From a virus (lineage: Duplodnaviria; Caudoviricetes): DNA of 63,647 bases. Every line of letters begins with the position of its first letter. Position 1 is the stretch's first letter. The translations under genes were made by a program, and so were the position numbers. The notes beneath the pieces are model-generated. The model was not told the DNA's origin, searched no databases, and saw only the letters and a program-made list of their open reading frames with translations. Positions 28,558-35,647 of this stretch are shown piece after piece. Location of the stretch: positions 1-63,647 of IMG/VR virus record IMGVR_UViG_3300030059_002966. One strand, given 5' to 3'.

Positions 28558-29166
28558 TTAGTGTTTTACTAGACCAACTTTGTTGGTGTCATTGAACCAC
28601 TTTGTAGCATTAAGATCGTAGTCGCTGGTGTCTTTGTAGCCTTGATCGAGTAGATCTGCTAGTGTGTCAAATATTTTAGTGTGTCGATCTTGCTTTTGGT
28701 CAATCAAATGCTTTTGTTTGCCAGAATCTGAGTAAATAACATCAAAATTGTCAGGTAATTCAACATTTTTAAGCATTTCTACGCAGTTTGTGTAGCTGTA
28801 AAAGCGTACTTGCGGGTTGTGTATAGCAATTGCGAGCCATTTGTCAAGGTAAGCTTGTGAATAATAGTCGCCACTGTCGTGTATACGAATATAATCTGGT
28901 GATTTAAGTATTATCTCTGCATTTACATGAGGTATAAACTTGTCTGTCTTAGATAATTCGTAGCGATATTCAAAAGCTGGTTTAACATTACCCCAGGTGT
29001 AAGCACCTTTACGAGCGTAGCAGAACTTAATACACTCGTCAGCAAACGGACAGGTGATTTTGCCTGTAACTGACTTGTAAGCTGGTATACCAAAGTTGAA
29101 CACACGTTTATCAAAGTGTTTTGAAGTCTTTTTTAACTTAGAATTTTGTGTTAGTAGTTGAGTCAT
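28558..29166 (-). CDS. Gp88-like protein (Cys triad, possible Fe-S)
   Basis: NSKLKKT..TCPFADECIKFCYA..RIHDSGDY..FYSYT. Confidence 0.65.
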   Translation of the reverse strand: MTQLLTQNSKLKKTSKHFDKRVFNFGIPAYKSVTGKITCPFADECIKFCYARKGAYTWGNVKPAFEYRYELSKTDKFIPHVNAEIILKSPDYIRIHDSGDYYSQAYLDKWLAIAIHNPQVRFYSYTNCVEMLKNVELPDNFDVIYSDSGKQKHLIDQKQDRHTKIFDTLADLLDQGYKDTSDYDLNATKWFNDTNKVGLVKH

Positions 29167-29182
29167 AGTAGTTATTATTTAG

Positions 29183-29257
29183 TGCTTAGCAAGGACTCGA
29201 ACCTTGTGATAACCCGTATTGGAAAAACTACTAAATAAAACCAATGTGTTACTAAGC
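29183..29257 (-). ncRNA. tRNA-like element lacking a D-arm
   Basis: 7-bp acceptor stem GCTTAGT/GCTAAGC; canonical T-arm CAAGG-TTCGAGT-CCTTG; central ATTGG/CCAAT stem with an 18-nt loop; 75 nt. Confidence 0.55.
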
Positions 29258-29266
29258 TATTGTAAA

Positions 29267-29330
29267 ACGAAGCGAGAGAGTTTTCACCGTATCCTCTCAT
29301 AGTGATTTGCATTTAAGCCGGACACTTCGT
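29267..29330 (-). ncRNA. Candidate structured RNA
   Basis: Outer stem ACGAAGTG/CGCTTCGT, inner stem GAGAG/CTCTC; intergenic. Confidence 0.35.
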
Positions 29331-29338
29331 ATATTTAA

Positions 29339-29704
29339 TTAGCTATTGTCACTGTCGTCTTCAGTAACTTCAGCAAACATATTTTCTATATTTTCCATGA
29401 TTTGTCTGGTTACTTCGTCAGAGTTATCAAAGCAAAAGCTTTCGCATGTTACTCTGTTGTCGTAGTCAATACCATAATCAATACTGTAATTGCCAAGATC
29501 ATCAAAGTCATAGCCTTCAATTGCTTCTTCAATCAACAGATGTAGCTTATCGTGTTGCTGTGGAGTTAGCTTAGGCTTACTTAGATCATCGTGTTGCTTT
29601 TTAAGATCTGCTAGCTGCCCAGCATACTTACTAATTTCGATGTTGCTGTCAGAGATCATAGACTCTATAGTTCCGATCTTTACTTGTAATTCTTCTTTTG
29701 TCAT
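29339..29704 (-). CDS. Hypothetical coiled-coil/acidic early protein
   Basis: Downstream of the class I promoter at 29735-29766. Confidence 0.6.
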   Translation of the reverse strand: MTKEELQVKIGTIESMISDSNIEISKYAGQLADLKKQHDDLSKPKLTPQQHDKLHLLIEEAIEGYDFDDLGNYSIDYGIDYDNRVTCESFCFDNSDEVTRQIMENIENMFAEVTEDDSDNS

Positions 29705-29755
29705 AATAGTTTAATTTAATTTAATATTCAGTTTTATTATCTGTTAGTAATCGTT

Positions 29756-29971
29756 TTAAATTTGTGCAAGTTTATCAAACTCTTCACGTTCGTAGTATAA
29801 TGCGTACAGTTGACTTTTAAGATCTGCTACTTTAGCAACCCAATAGGTTGTATCGCTTACAAACCCATACTCTTGCCAATGCTCGGCTTGCTCTTCAGCG
29901 TGTGACAGTAGCTTCTTAAGTACTCTTTCGTTCTTGTATCTAACTACATTATGTGCTTTTCTTCCACTCAT
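29756..29971 (-). CDS. Hypothetical early protein
   Basis: ATGA-coupled to the upstream ORF. Confidence 0.55.
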   Translation of the reverse strand: MSGRKAHNVVRYKNERVLKKLLSHAEEQAEHWQEYGFVSDTTYWVAKVADLKSQLYALYYEREEFDKLAQI

Positions 29972-30456
29972 GATAGATCATATCTGTGGCCGTTAACAAT
30001 CACTTGAACTTCAGGAGCAGTTTCTACAGGCTTACTAAGTTCTTGTCTTATGTAATCTAAAGAACTATCGCTTATTATATTTGTAGTTTTACGATAGTAA
30101 TTCTTGATAATAAACTTAGCTAAGTATATCAGTCGATCTTCCCACTTTGGTATTAGTATACGTTCTGTGTTAGTATAATCTCCGTAAGATGATGGTACTT
30201 GCTCAGTTTTATTTATTTGGTAACAGCTAGATAAGTCTTCACTTATGTTACGCACATAGCCTGTTGAGTATGTAGCAAACTTGATAGGATAGCTAGTGCC
30301 AGGATATGCTCTTTGCATTGGTAACTCATATACTGTTGTACCGTTTTTACGTTGGCGCTCTGTTGTGATGTCTTTGATACCTAGTATCTTGAACAGCGTG
30401 TGTGCTTCTCTCGCACTTCTGATCTCTGTTGACATGTATTCTATATCTGTACTCAT
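29968..30456 (-). CDS. Hypothetical early protein
   Basis: Co-oriented 162-aa ORF. Confidence 0.6.
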   Translation of the reverse strand: MSTDIEYMSTEIRSAREAHTLFKILGIKDITTERQRKNGTTVYELPMQRAYPGTSYPIKFATYSTGYVRNISEDLSSCYQINKTEQVPSSYGDYTNTERILIPKWEDRLIYLAKFIIKNYYRKTTNIISDSSLDYIRQELSKPVETAPEVQVIVNGHRYDLS

Positions 30457-30460
30457 AGTT

Positions 30461-30673
30461 TTATCTTAAACAAGTGCCATAACCTTTTCGCCTGGACACC
30501 TTAGCGATTAGCGCTGCTTGCGCTTGTGATACTATTTGAATCGTGTTACCTGTTTTGTGGTTAGTGATAGGTGCTGACGCTACGCGAGCAACACTTGAAC
30601 AGCTTACACAGGTTTTGTAGTTGTATTTTACTCTTATTGGGTGTACAACCTCACCGCATTTGCAATATGACAT
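30461..30673 (-). CDS. Small C4 Zn-finger protein (TraR/DksA-like finger)
   Basis: CKCG..HPIR..TCVSC; own class I promoter; AACTACTATG start. Confidence 0.55.
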   Translation of the reverse strand: MSYCKCGEVVHPIRVKYNYKTCVSCSSVARVASAPITNHKTGNTIQIVSQAQAALIAKVSRRKGYGTCLR

Positions 30674-30947
30674 AGTAGTTTGTTTTTTGATTCATATATA
30701 TTATCTGCAAGTAATTAATTTGATTTGTGTCGGTCGTGTACGAAGATGTCGAAAACCATGTATAGCACTACGACTAACAATGTTACTATAGTCTGTGTCG
30801 TCATAAGTCATATCTTTTTATTGCAACGACTAAATACCATAGAGCTATTAATACCCAACACCACTCGAACATATACCGTAGATTATAATTGTTAGTATTG
30901 CTATAAATCCTATATACATTATAAGATAGTTTATTGCTACTTTAGTT

Positions 30948-31172
30948 TTATTGCTCATTGTAAGATGGATTATATTGGCGGAACAACTCTGTTGCCATAG
31001 TGCCAAGTTCGTTATTGTTACACTCTTCCATAGTCTCTCTGATTCTTTCATACTCTGCTCTACCGCTCTTATACCAACGGTGGTCGTCACTCATATTATA
31101 GTACCAGTCGTGTCCTTTTAGTAGTAACTCTAGTTTACTTAGTAGTAAGGGTGTTTGTTTTTTATTTAACAT
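30948..31172 (-). CDS. Hypothetical early protein
   Basis: HDWYYNMSDDHRWY motif typical of small phage early proteins. Confidence 0.6.
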   Translation of the reverse strand: MLNKKQTPLLLSKLELLLKGHDWYYNMSDDHRWYKSGRAEYERIRETMEECNNNELGTMATELFRQYNPSYNEQ

Positions 31173-31380
31173 CTTCTTGTTTTATTTTAATTAGTATATC
31201 GTTTAAGTTTTCTACGTAAGATTGACCTATGATGTAATCTACATTGTCATTCTTGACATCGTAACTCATCCACTCAATCATATCTTCTATTGAGTTAACT
31301 GCTTCGATCTTGTCAAAGTCTTTTTGCCTTGCATCTTGACTACCTAGTAGTAGAGATACACTTATAAAAATTGCTATCAT
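31162..31380 (-). CDS. Hypothetical protein with N-terminal hydrophobic segment
   Basis: MIAIFISVSLLLG. Confidence 0.55.
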   Translation of the reverse strand: MIAIFISVSLLLGSQDARQKDFDKIEAVNSIEDMIEWMSYDVKNDNVDYIIGQSYVENLNDILIKIKQEDVK

Positions 31381-31381
31381 A

Positions 31382-31609
31382 TTATCTTGTTGCTAAGCCG
31401 CCTAGTATATGGTTAGAGGTTAAACGTGCTTCTTTATCTTTGTTCCAATTGATCTCGTCAGAGTTAATGTAGCAAAAACCTTTATGGTGGAACTGCTCAG
31501 ACATTGGTATCTCTTCGTAGTTCTTAGGTAGTTGGTGAAGTTTATGAGGTATAAACTTAGTATTATTAAGAGTAATAATTTTAGTAGAATGGTATTTAAT
31601 AGAGTTCAT
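31382..31609 (-). CDS. Hypothetical early protein
   Basis: Own class I promoter; AACTACTATG start. Confidence 0.6.
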   Translation of the reverse strand: MNSIKYHSTKIITLNNTKFIPHKLHQLPKNYEEIPMSEQFHHKGFCYINSDEINWNKDKEARLTSNHILGGLATR

Positions 31610-31674
31610 AGTAGTTATTATTATTATTATTATTTACAGTTATATTATCTGATAGCAATTAATTTAATTTGTGT

Positions 31675-31887
31675 TTAGTCTTGAGTATATTTGTTAAGGT
31701 ATTTAAGGTTTATCTTGTGTACAAGGGATAACAGTATTTCGTTTCTAGTTTCTTGCACTTCTTTTACGAAGGCGTCATTAGATTCTTTGTGTTCACCTAT
31801 ATCAAAGATAACTTCTTCTACAGTGTTTTCAATATCGTTCACTAGATCTTCTAGTAACTCGTTAGTAATAGTTTTGTATGTATACAT
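31675..31887 (-). CDS. Hypothetical acidic early protein
   Basis: Co-oriented ORF. Confidence 0.6.
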   Translation of the reverse strand: MYTYKTITNELLEDLVNDIENTVEEVIFDIGEHKESNDAFVKEVQETRNEILLSLVHKINLKYLNKYTQD

Positions 31888-31889
31888 AG

Positions 31890-32069
31890 TTATTTATATA
31901 AAGTGTTATACAAGTCATCAATTAGATCTTGCTCAGTTTCATTATCTTCTAGTTGGCAATCACATTCAACAAACTCTTGTATCTCTTCGTATACCTGTCG
32001 AGCAGACTTGATAGTCATTTGATGGTGAAAGTAATCGAGTGTATGATCGTTCCAGTGAAATGTAGTCAT
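31890..32069 (-). CDS. Small acidic early protein (59 aa), not in the ORF track
   Basis: MTTFHWNDHT..NTLYK* fills the gap exactly. Confidence 0.6.
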   Translation of the reverse strand: MTTFHWNDHTLDYFHHQMTIKSARQVYEEIQEFVECDCQLEDNETEQDLIDDLYNTLYK

Positions 32070-32075
32070 AGTAAT

Positions 32076-32204
32076 TTAGTTTTTAAGTGTATAATATAAG
32101 TCATCAGTGATAGTCTCGAAGTATTTATCGAAGTCATCATTAGTATGTAACTTGTACATCGATCTTAGTAGTAATTTAATGATTAGTAGTTTAATAGTAT
32201 TCAT
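32076..32204 (-). CDS. Small early protein (42 aa), not in the ORF track
   Basis: MNTIKLL..YTLKN*; AACTACTATG start behind the promoter at 32233-32263. Confidence 0.6.
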   Translation of the reverse strand: MNTIKLLIIKLLLRSMYKLHTNDDFDKYFETITDDLYYTLKN

Positions 32205-32287
32205 AGTAGTTATTATTATTTGGTTACAGTTATATTATCTGTAAGTGATTAATTTGATTTGTGTAAAGGTAGTATATTCGTTTAGTT

Positions 32288-32327
32288 GTAGAAAAGAAGA
32301 AGGGGATATACCACCTCCTCTCTCTAC
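32288..32327 (-). terminator. Long purine/pyrimidine hairpin after 32337..32570 (terminator or processing site)
   Basis: GTAGAGAGAGGAGGTGG/CCCCTTCTTCTTTTCTAC pairs with G-U on the minus strand; no clear U-tail. Confidence 0.45.
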
Positions 32328-32336
32328 TTCTAATGA

Positions 32337-32570
32337 TTACTTGATTTCTAAGTGACGAGCGAAGGCAGGTATTACATTAGAGTTTGTGTAATTACCGTAC
32401 TTAGTAAAACAGTTCATATTGTCAAACTTCTCTTGAAACTCATTGTATATCGAGTCATGATTGTACTTGTAAGTACCTTTAGAAGTTGTCATTGTAATTA
32501 CGGTGTTCTTACCTATTAAGGATTTACGGATAACGAAGCGCTTAGTAGTTAAAGAATTTGATTTAGACAT
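32337..32570 (-). CDS. Early protein, paralog 2
   Basis: Shares LTTKRFVIRKSLIG and KYGNYTNSN with 33257..33490. Confidence 0.8.
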   Translation of the reverse strand: MSKSNSLTTKRFVIRKSLIGKNTVITMTTSKGTYKYNHDSIYNEFQEKFDNMNCFTKYGNYTNSNVIPAFARHLEIK

Positions 32571-32645
32571 AGTAGTTTAATTATTAGTAGTTATTATTAA
32601 TTTGGTTTCAGTTATATTATCTTTACTTGTCTGATTAAATTTGTG

Positions 32646-32712
32646 TGAGGTGGCGGGTGAAAATGCTATACACGAGAAACGTGCTATACACGCCTTCGGC
32701 GTTGCCGCCTCA
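32646..32712 (+). other. GC-rich multi-hairpin element with repeated TGCTATACACG
   Basis: 10-bp outer stem TGAGGTGGCG/TGCCGCCTCA enclosing two hairpins. Confidence 0.5.
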
Positions 32713-32729
32713 GTGCGTTGCATTTTGTA

Positions 32730-32948
32730 TTACACTCCCAATTCCATGGTAGTAATATCATAGTATAGTGTATTCATTTCTTCAGGAGTAATATTAAATA
32801 ATTCAATCATTTCTCCAATATATATTTCTTCAAATTCATCAGAGGTATGATCAATATTAAGGTCAATATAATTTGAGTATTTTATTTTCTCAGTTTCCAT
32901 TGAATAGAGATTAATGATTTTAAATTCTTTTAATTCTTGATTTTCCAT
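32730..32948 (-). CDS. Hypothetical acidic early protein
   Basis: Own class I promoter at 32981-33012. Confidence 0.6.
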   Translation of the reverse strand: MENQELKEFKIINLYSMETEKIKYSNYIDLNIDHTSDEFEEIYIGEMIELFNITPEEMNTLYYDITTMELGV

Positions 32949-33018
32949 AATTTATTTATTTATTAGTTTTATTATATATATATTATCTTATTAAACTCTT
33001 AATGAGTTTGTGCAAACA

Positions 33019-33210
33019 TTACAAGTAAAGCGTAACATCTTCTTGATCCATTAGATCACGTAGTGCGATCTTGTGGCTGAACGCCATATCCTCATCAAAG
33101 CCGAACCAGTGGTCGTAACAGTGTTGATGGTGAGTGATCTGATCTTCGATACTAAGAGTATCTGTAATTGTGTCTGGTAAGTATAGGTTGTATATATCTA
33201 TATGTTGCAT
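33019..33210 (-). CDS. Hypothetical early protein
   Basis: Co-oriented ORF. Confidence 0.5.
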   Translation of the reverse strand: MQHIDIYNLYLPDTITDTLSIEDQITHHQHCYDHWFGFDEDMAFSHKIALRDLMDQEDVTLYL

Positions 33211-33256
33211 GTGAATAGTATTATTGGTTAATAAGGGAGAAGGAAGTAAGTAAAGG

Positions 33257-33490
33257 CTATTTAGCCTCTACTTGATGTTCACGTGCCCATGTTGGTAAGT
33301 TGTTACTGTTAGTGTAGTTACCATACTTGTTGAAACATTCCATAGTTTCTAAGTGTTCTTGATTAGCACTGTACACTGCATCGTGATCGTAACTGTATGT
33401 TACATCTTTCTTGTTAGTGAATGTAATGATAGTGTTAGTACCGATTAGTGACTTGCGAATTACGAATCTTTTAGTTGTTAATGTAGTCAT
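33257..33490 (-). CDS. Early protein, paralog 1 (first gene of the early arm)
   Basis: Paralog of 32337..32570; two class I promoters upstream. Confidence 0.8.
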   Translation of the reverse strand: MTTLTTKRFVIRKSLIGTNTIITFTNKKDVTYSYDHDAVYSANQEHLETMECFNKYGNYTNSNNLPTWAREHQVEAK

Positions 33491-33695
33491 AGTAGTTATT
33501 ATTTAGTTATTAATTAATTATTTATTTATATTATTATTATCGAGTATATTCAAATTAAATTTGTGCAAAACGTAAAAGTTTTTAACAGAACAAGATCGAC
33601 TTAACTTGCTTTCGATATATATATTATCTAGAGTTCACTAATAGGATTCGTGAAGTGAAGCGGGGCTGGTAAAATAAAAAGCGTTTTTAGTTTGT

Positions 33696-33785
33696 GCGGG
33701 GCGGTGGGGGGGCCCGGGGGGTCTACACTATATATCAACATTTACAACATCCTATATATTCGGGTACCCTTATATACGAGGTACC
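33696..33785. other. G-run cluster and GGTACC palindromes at the arm divergence; candidate packaging or terminus region
   Basis: GCGGGGCGGTGGGGGGGCCCGGGGGG in an AT-rich genome; GGGTACCC..GGTACC. Confidence 0.45.
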
Positions 33786-33791
33786 TAATAC

Positions 33792-33839
33792 TGTGACACT
33801 AGGCTGTTAATTAAAGAAGAGTAATAGGCTATTGTCACA
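33792..33839. promoter_or_regulatory. Palindromic site B (48 bp)
   Basis: TGTGACACTAGGCT-N20-AGGCTATTGTCACA; inverted homolog of site A. Confidence 0.75.
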
Positions 33840-33861
33840 CTTTTAACTTATAGCCGTTATC

Positions 33862-33868
33862 GAGTAAT
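33862..33868 (+). promoter_or_regulatory. Putative class II promoter core GAGTAAT at the start of the late arm
   Basis: Shares AGTAATAGTATTA with 35925-35937; 9 nt before ATG 33878. Confidence 0.5.
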
Positions 33869-33877
33869 AGTATTAGT

Positions 33878-34141
33878 ATGACTAGACGACGAAGGCTTAA
33901 TGGTAAAAGGCGATCGCCATTTGCAAAGCAAAACTTATCCCCTGAGGCTTCGGCTGCTAAGGCAAAAAGAGATCTTGCCTATGCTAACGGTCCTTATAAG
34001 TCAAAGCGCGCAGAGAATCAAAGAAAAAGACGTGCTGCAATTAAAAACGGTGTTGATCTAACTGATAAAGACTACGATCATACTAAAAGTAAATTCGTAT
34101 CTGTAAAAGCTAACCGCGGAGGATACGGTAAAGGAGTATAA
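33878..34141 (+). CDS. Basic protein with truncated HNH-like motif
   Basis: KDYDH..SVKANRG; Arg/Lys-rich. Confidence 0.55.
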   Translation: MTRRRRLNGKRRSPFAKQNLSPEASAAKAKRDLAYANGPYKSKRAENQRKRRAAIKNGVDLTDKDYDHTKSKFVSVKANRGGYGKGV

Positions 34142-34143
34142 CT

Positions 34144-34491
34144 ATGGCATACATTCAAAAGAACCATCCATTTCCAGTAACTAGCTGCGGTAGACGTAGA
34201 TCTTTTATGACTACCGATAGTCCTGTAAAGTTAACTGATGCATCGTATGAAAAATCTAATAGAAAAATGCGATCTAAGTACAAGAGTGAAACTGGTAAGA
34301 CCTTAGGTAGTAGACAGACTTCTGGAACAGGTAGTCGAAGAGTTAGTTTTGCATGTAGGTTTGCTGGAATGAAAGGACCAATGAAAAAGCCAGATGGAAC
34401 AGATACTAGAAAAGCTATAGCTTTACAAAAATGGGGTTTTGGTAGCGTAGGTGCTGCTAGTAAGTTCTGCAGTAAAAATAAAAAATCATAA
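34144..34491 (+). CDS. Basic small virion-type protein (DUF6321-like)
   Basis: RRVSFACRFAGMKGPMKK..TRKAIALQKW. Confidence 0.55.
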   Translation: MAYIQKNHPFPVTSCGRRRSFMTTDSPVKLTDASYEKSNRKMRSKYKSETGKTLGSRQTSGTGSRRVSFACRFAGMKGPMKKPDGTDTRKAIALQKWGFGSVGAASKFCSKNKKS

Positions 34492-34492
34492 C

Positions 34493-34609
34493 ATGGCGTT
34501 TAAAATGAAATCACCTTTAAAAGCATGCTGGAAATCTTACGTGCAAAAAGGTATGAAAAAGAAAGGTAATAGAACTGTACCTAATTGTGTACCTAGAAAA
34601 AAGAAGTAA
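34493..34609 (+). CDS. 38-aa MAFKMK-leader protein with CWxxY..VPNCVP motif, not in the ORF track
   Basis: MAFKMKSPLKACWKSYVQKGMKKKGNRTVPNCVPRKKK*; fills the gap, TAATG-coupled to the next gene. Confidence 0.8.
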   Translation: MAFKMKSPLKACWKSYVQKGMKKKGNRTVPNCVPRKKK

Positions 34610-35151
34610 TGTTTAAAAACTTTGATACATCTTCGTTTGAGAAAATGAAACCACCAGGCAACAATACGTTCGATGCCATGCAAGAGATCAAAGATCTTAA
34701 AAAAATACCATTGAACAAAAAGTTTGTAAAAGAATACGACAATATTGAAGCTGCTTTTAAAAAAACGGCTGAAGAGCAAGGTTTAGATTATGATGATAAA
34801 ATAGCTAAAAAGCTTATAGTTAATTCTGCTCCAGTGATATTAAAATTAAAAAAGCATTTTGATAGACCAAGACCCAAAGAGCTTGCTAAAGAAATGAACA
34901 TTAAAATTAAAGATATAGAGATGGATTCTATGAAAACAGCATCTTATCCGTCTGGACATACGGTACAAGGAATTTTAATTGCAAAAGTATTAGGAGATAA
35001 ATATCCTAAAGCCAAATCAGCATTTGCAAAAACTGGGGAAAACATATCTTATAGTAGAAACGTTGCAAGAGCTCACTATAAGTCTGATAGTAAGATGGGT
35101 GAAAAGCTAGCTAACGCAATGTACAAACATGTTAACAATAAAGAAATATGA
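34609..35151 (+). CDS. PAP2/vanadium-haloperoxidase-family phosphatase
   Basis: KKHFDRPRP, SYPSGH, SRNVARAHYKSD. Confidence 0.85.
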   Translation: MFKNFDTSSFEKMKPPGNNTFDAMQEIKDLKKIPLNKKFVKEYDNIEAAFKKTAEEQGLDYDDKIAKKLIVNSAPVILKLKKHFDRPRPKELAKEMNIKIKDIEMDSMKTASYPSGHTVQGILIAKVLGDKYPKAKSAFAKTGENISYSRNVARAHYKSDSKMGEKLANAMYKHVNNKEI

Positions 35152-35366
35152 AACAGAAACTAAACAAAATAGCTAAAGAGCTAAAAGGTGCCAGCAAAAT
35201 GCACGCTGGCCAAGCAAAGACTATTGGTAAGCTAGTAAAAAAATCACCTATGCTATTAAAACTGTCTGCAAGTTGTAAGGCCGCGGCTAGAAAAAAGTTT
35301 GACGTGTATCCTAGTGCTTATGCAAATATGTGGGCTTCTAAGACACAGAAAAAAGGTAAGTGCTAA
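35148..35366 (+). CDS. Basic small protein (DUF5872-like)
   Basis: CKAAARKKFDVYPSAYA motif; internal SPML. Confidence 0.55.
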   Translation: MKQKLNKIAKELKGASKMHAGQAKTIGKLVKKSPMLLKLSASCKAAARKKFDVYPSAYANMWASKTQKKGKC

Positions 35367-35647
35367 TGGCAATTAAAAACTCTACCTTTACAGGATCTGC
35401 AAATAAAAAGCGCATGGGTGACTTTAAGCACTCTGACGCACCTGATGCTAAAGGTAAGTTTAAAACAATGTCAGCTAGTTCTCTAGCTTCTTGGCTAATA
35501 AAGACTCGTAAAAGTAATTTATCTAAAATTATTAGTAGCTTAAACCAGCAAGTGGTTTTCAATAGAAAGAAAAATCCTAGTTATGCAGCCAAGATGCGTA
35601 AGACTATGGATATAGTTAGAAAACGATTAAGTAAAAATAAAGCATAA
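35360..35647 (+). CDS. Basic small protein
   Basis: Lys-rich, tightly coupled to its neighbours. Confidence 0.6.
   Translation: MLMAIKNSTFTGSANKKRMGDFKHSDAPDAKGKFKTMSASSLASWLIKTRKSNLSKIISSLNQQVVFNRKKNPSYAAKMRKTMDIVRKRLSKNKA

Larger units (their letters stand above)
23653..33652 (-). promoter_or_regulatory. Class I phage promoter family CACAAA-N17/18-AGATAATA, 11 dispersed copies
   Basis: Copies at 23653-23684, 27128-27159, 28526-28557, 29735-29766, 30699-30729, 31643-31673, 32233-32263, 32615-32645, 32981-33012, 33535-33565 (CGATAATA) and 33622-33652 (CACGAA). All are upstream of minus-strand genes. Confidence 0.88.

Noticed and set aside
29183-29257. Functional decoding tRNA
   Set aside because: No D-arm and no 7-nt anticodon loop.
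29267-29330. Hammerhead, twister or pistol ribozyme
   Set aside because: Core consensus elements, such as CUGAUGA with a correctly placed GAAA, are not present; kept only as a generic structured candidate.
23653-33652. Dispersed repeats as a CRISPR array
   Set aside because: The copies are bipartite, irregularly spaced and mostly separated by whole genes; there are no cas genes.
26508-33839. TGT..ACA sites as transposon ends, invertase sites or CRP boxes
   Set aside because: No transposase or recombinase was recognised; each site is itself a palindrome; the half-site spacing is far longer than the 6 bp of a CRP box.
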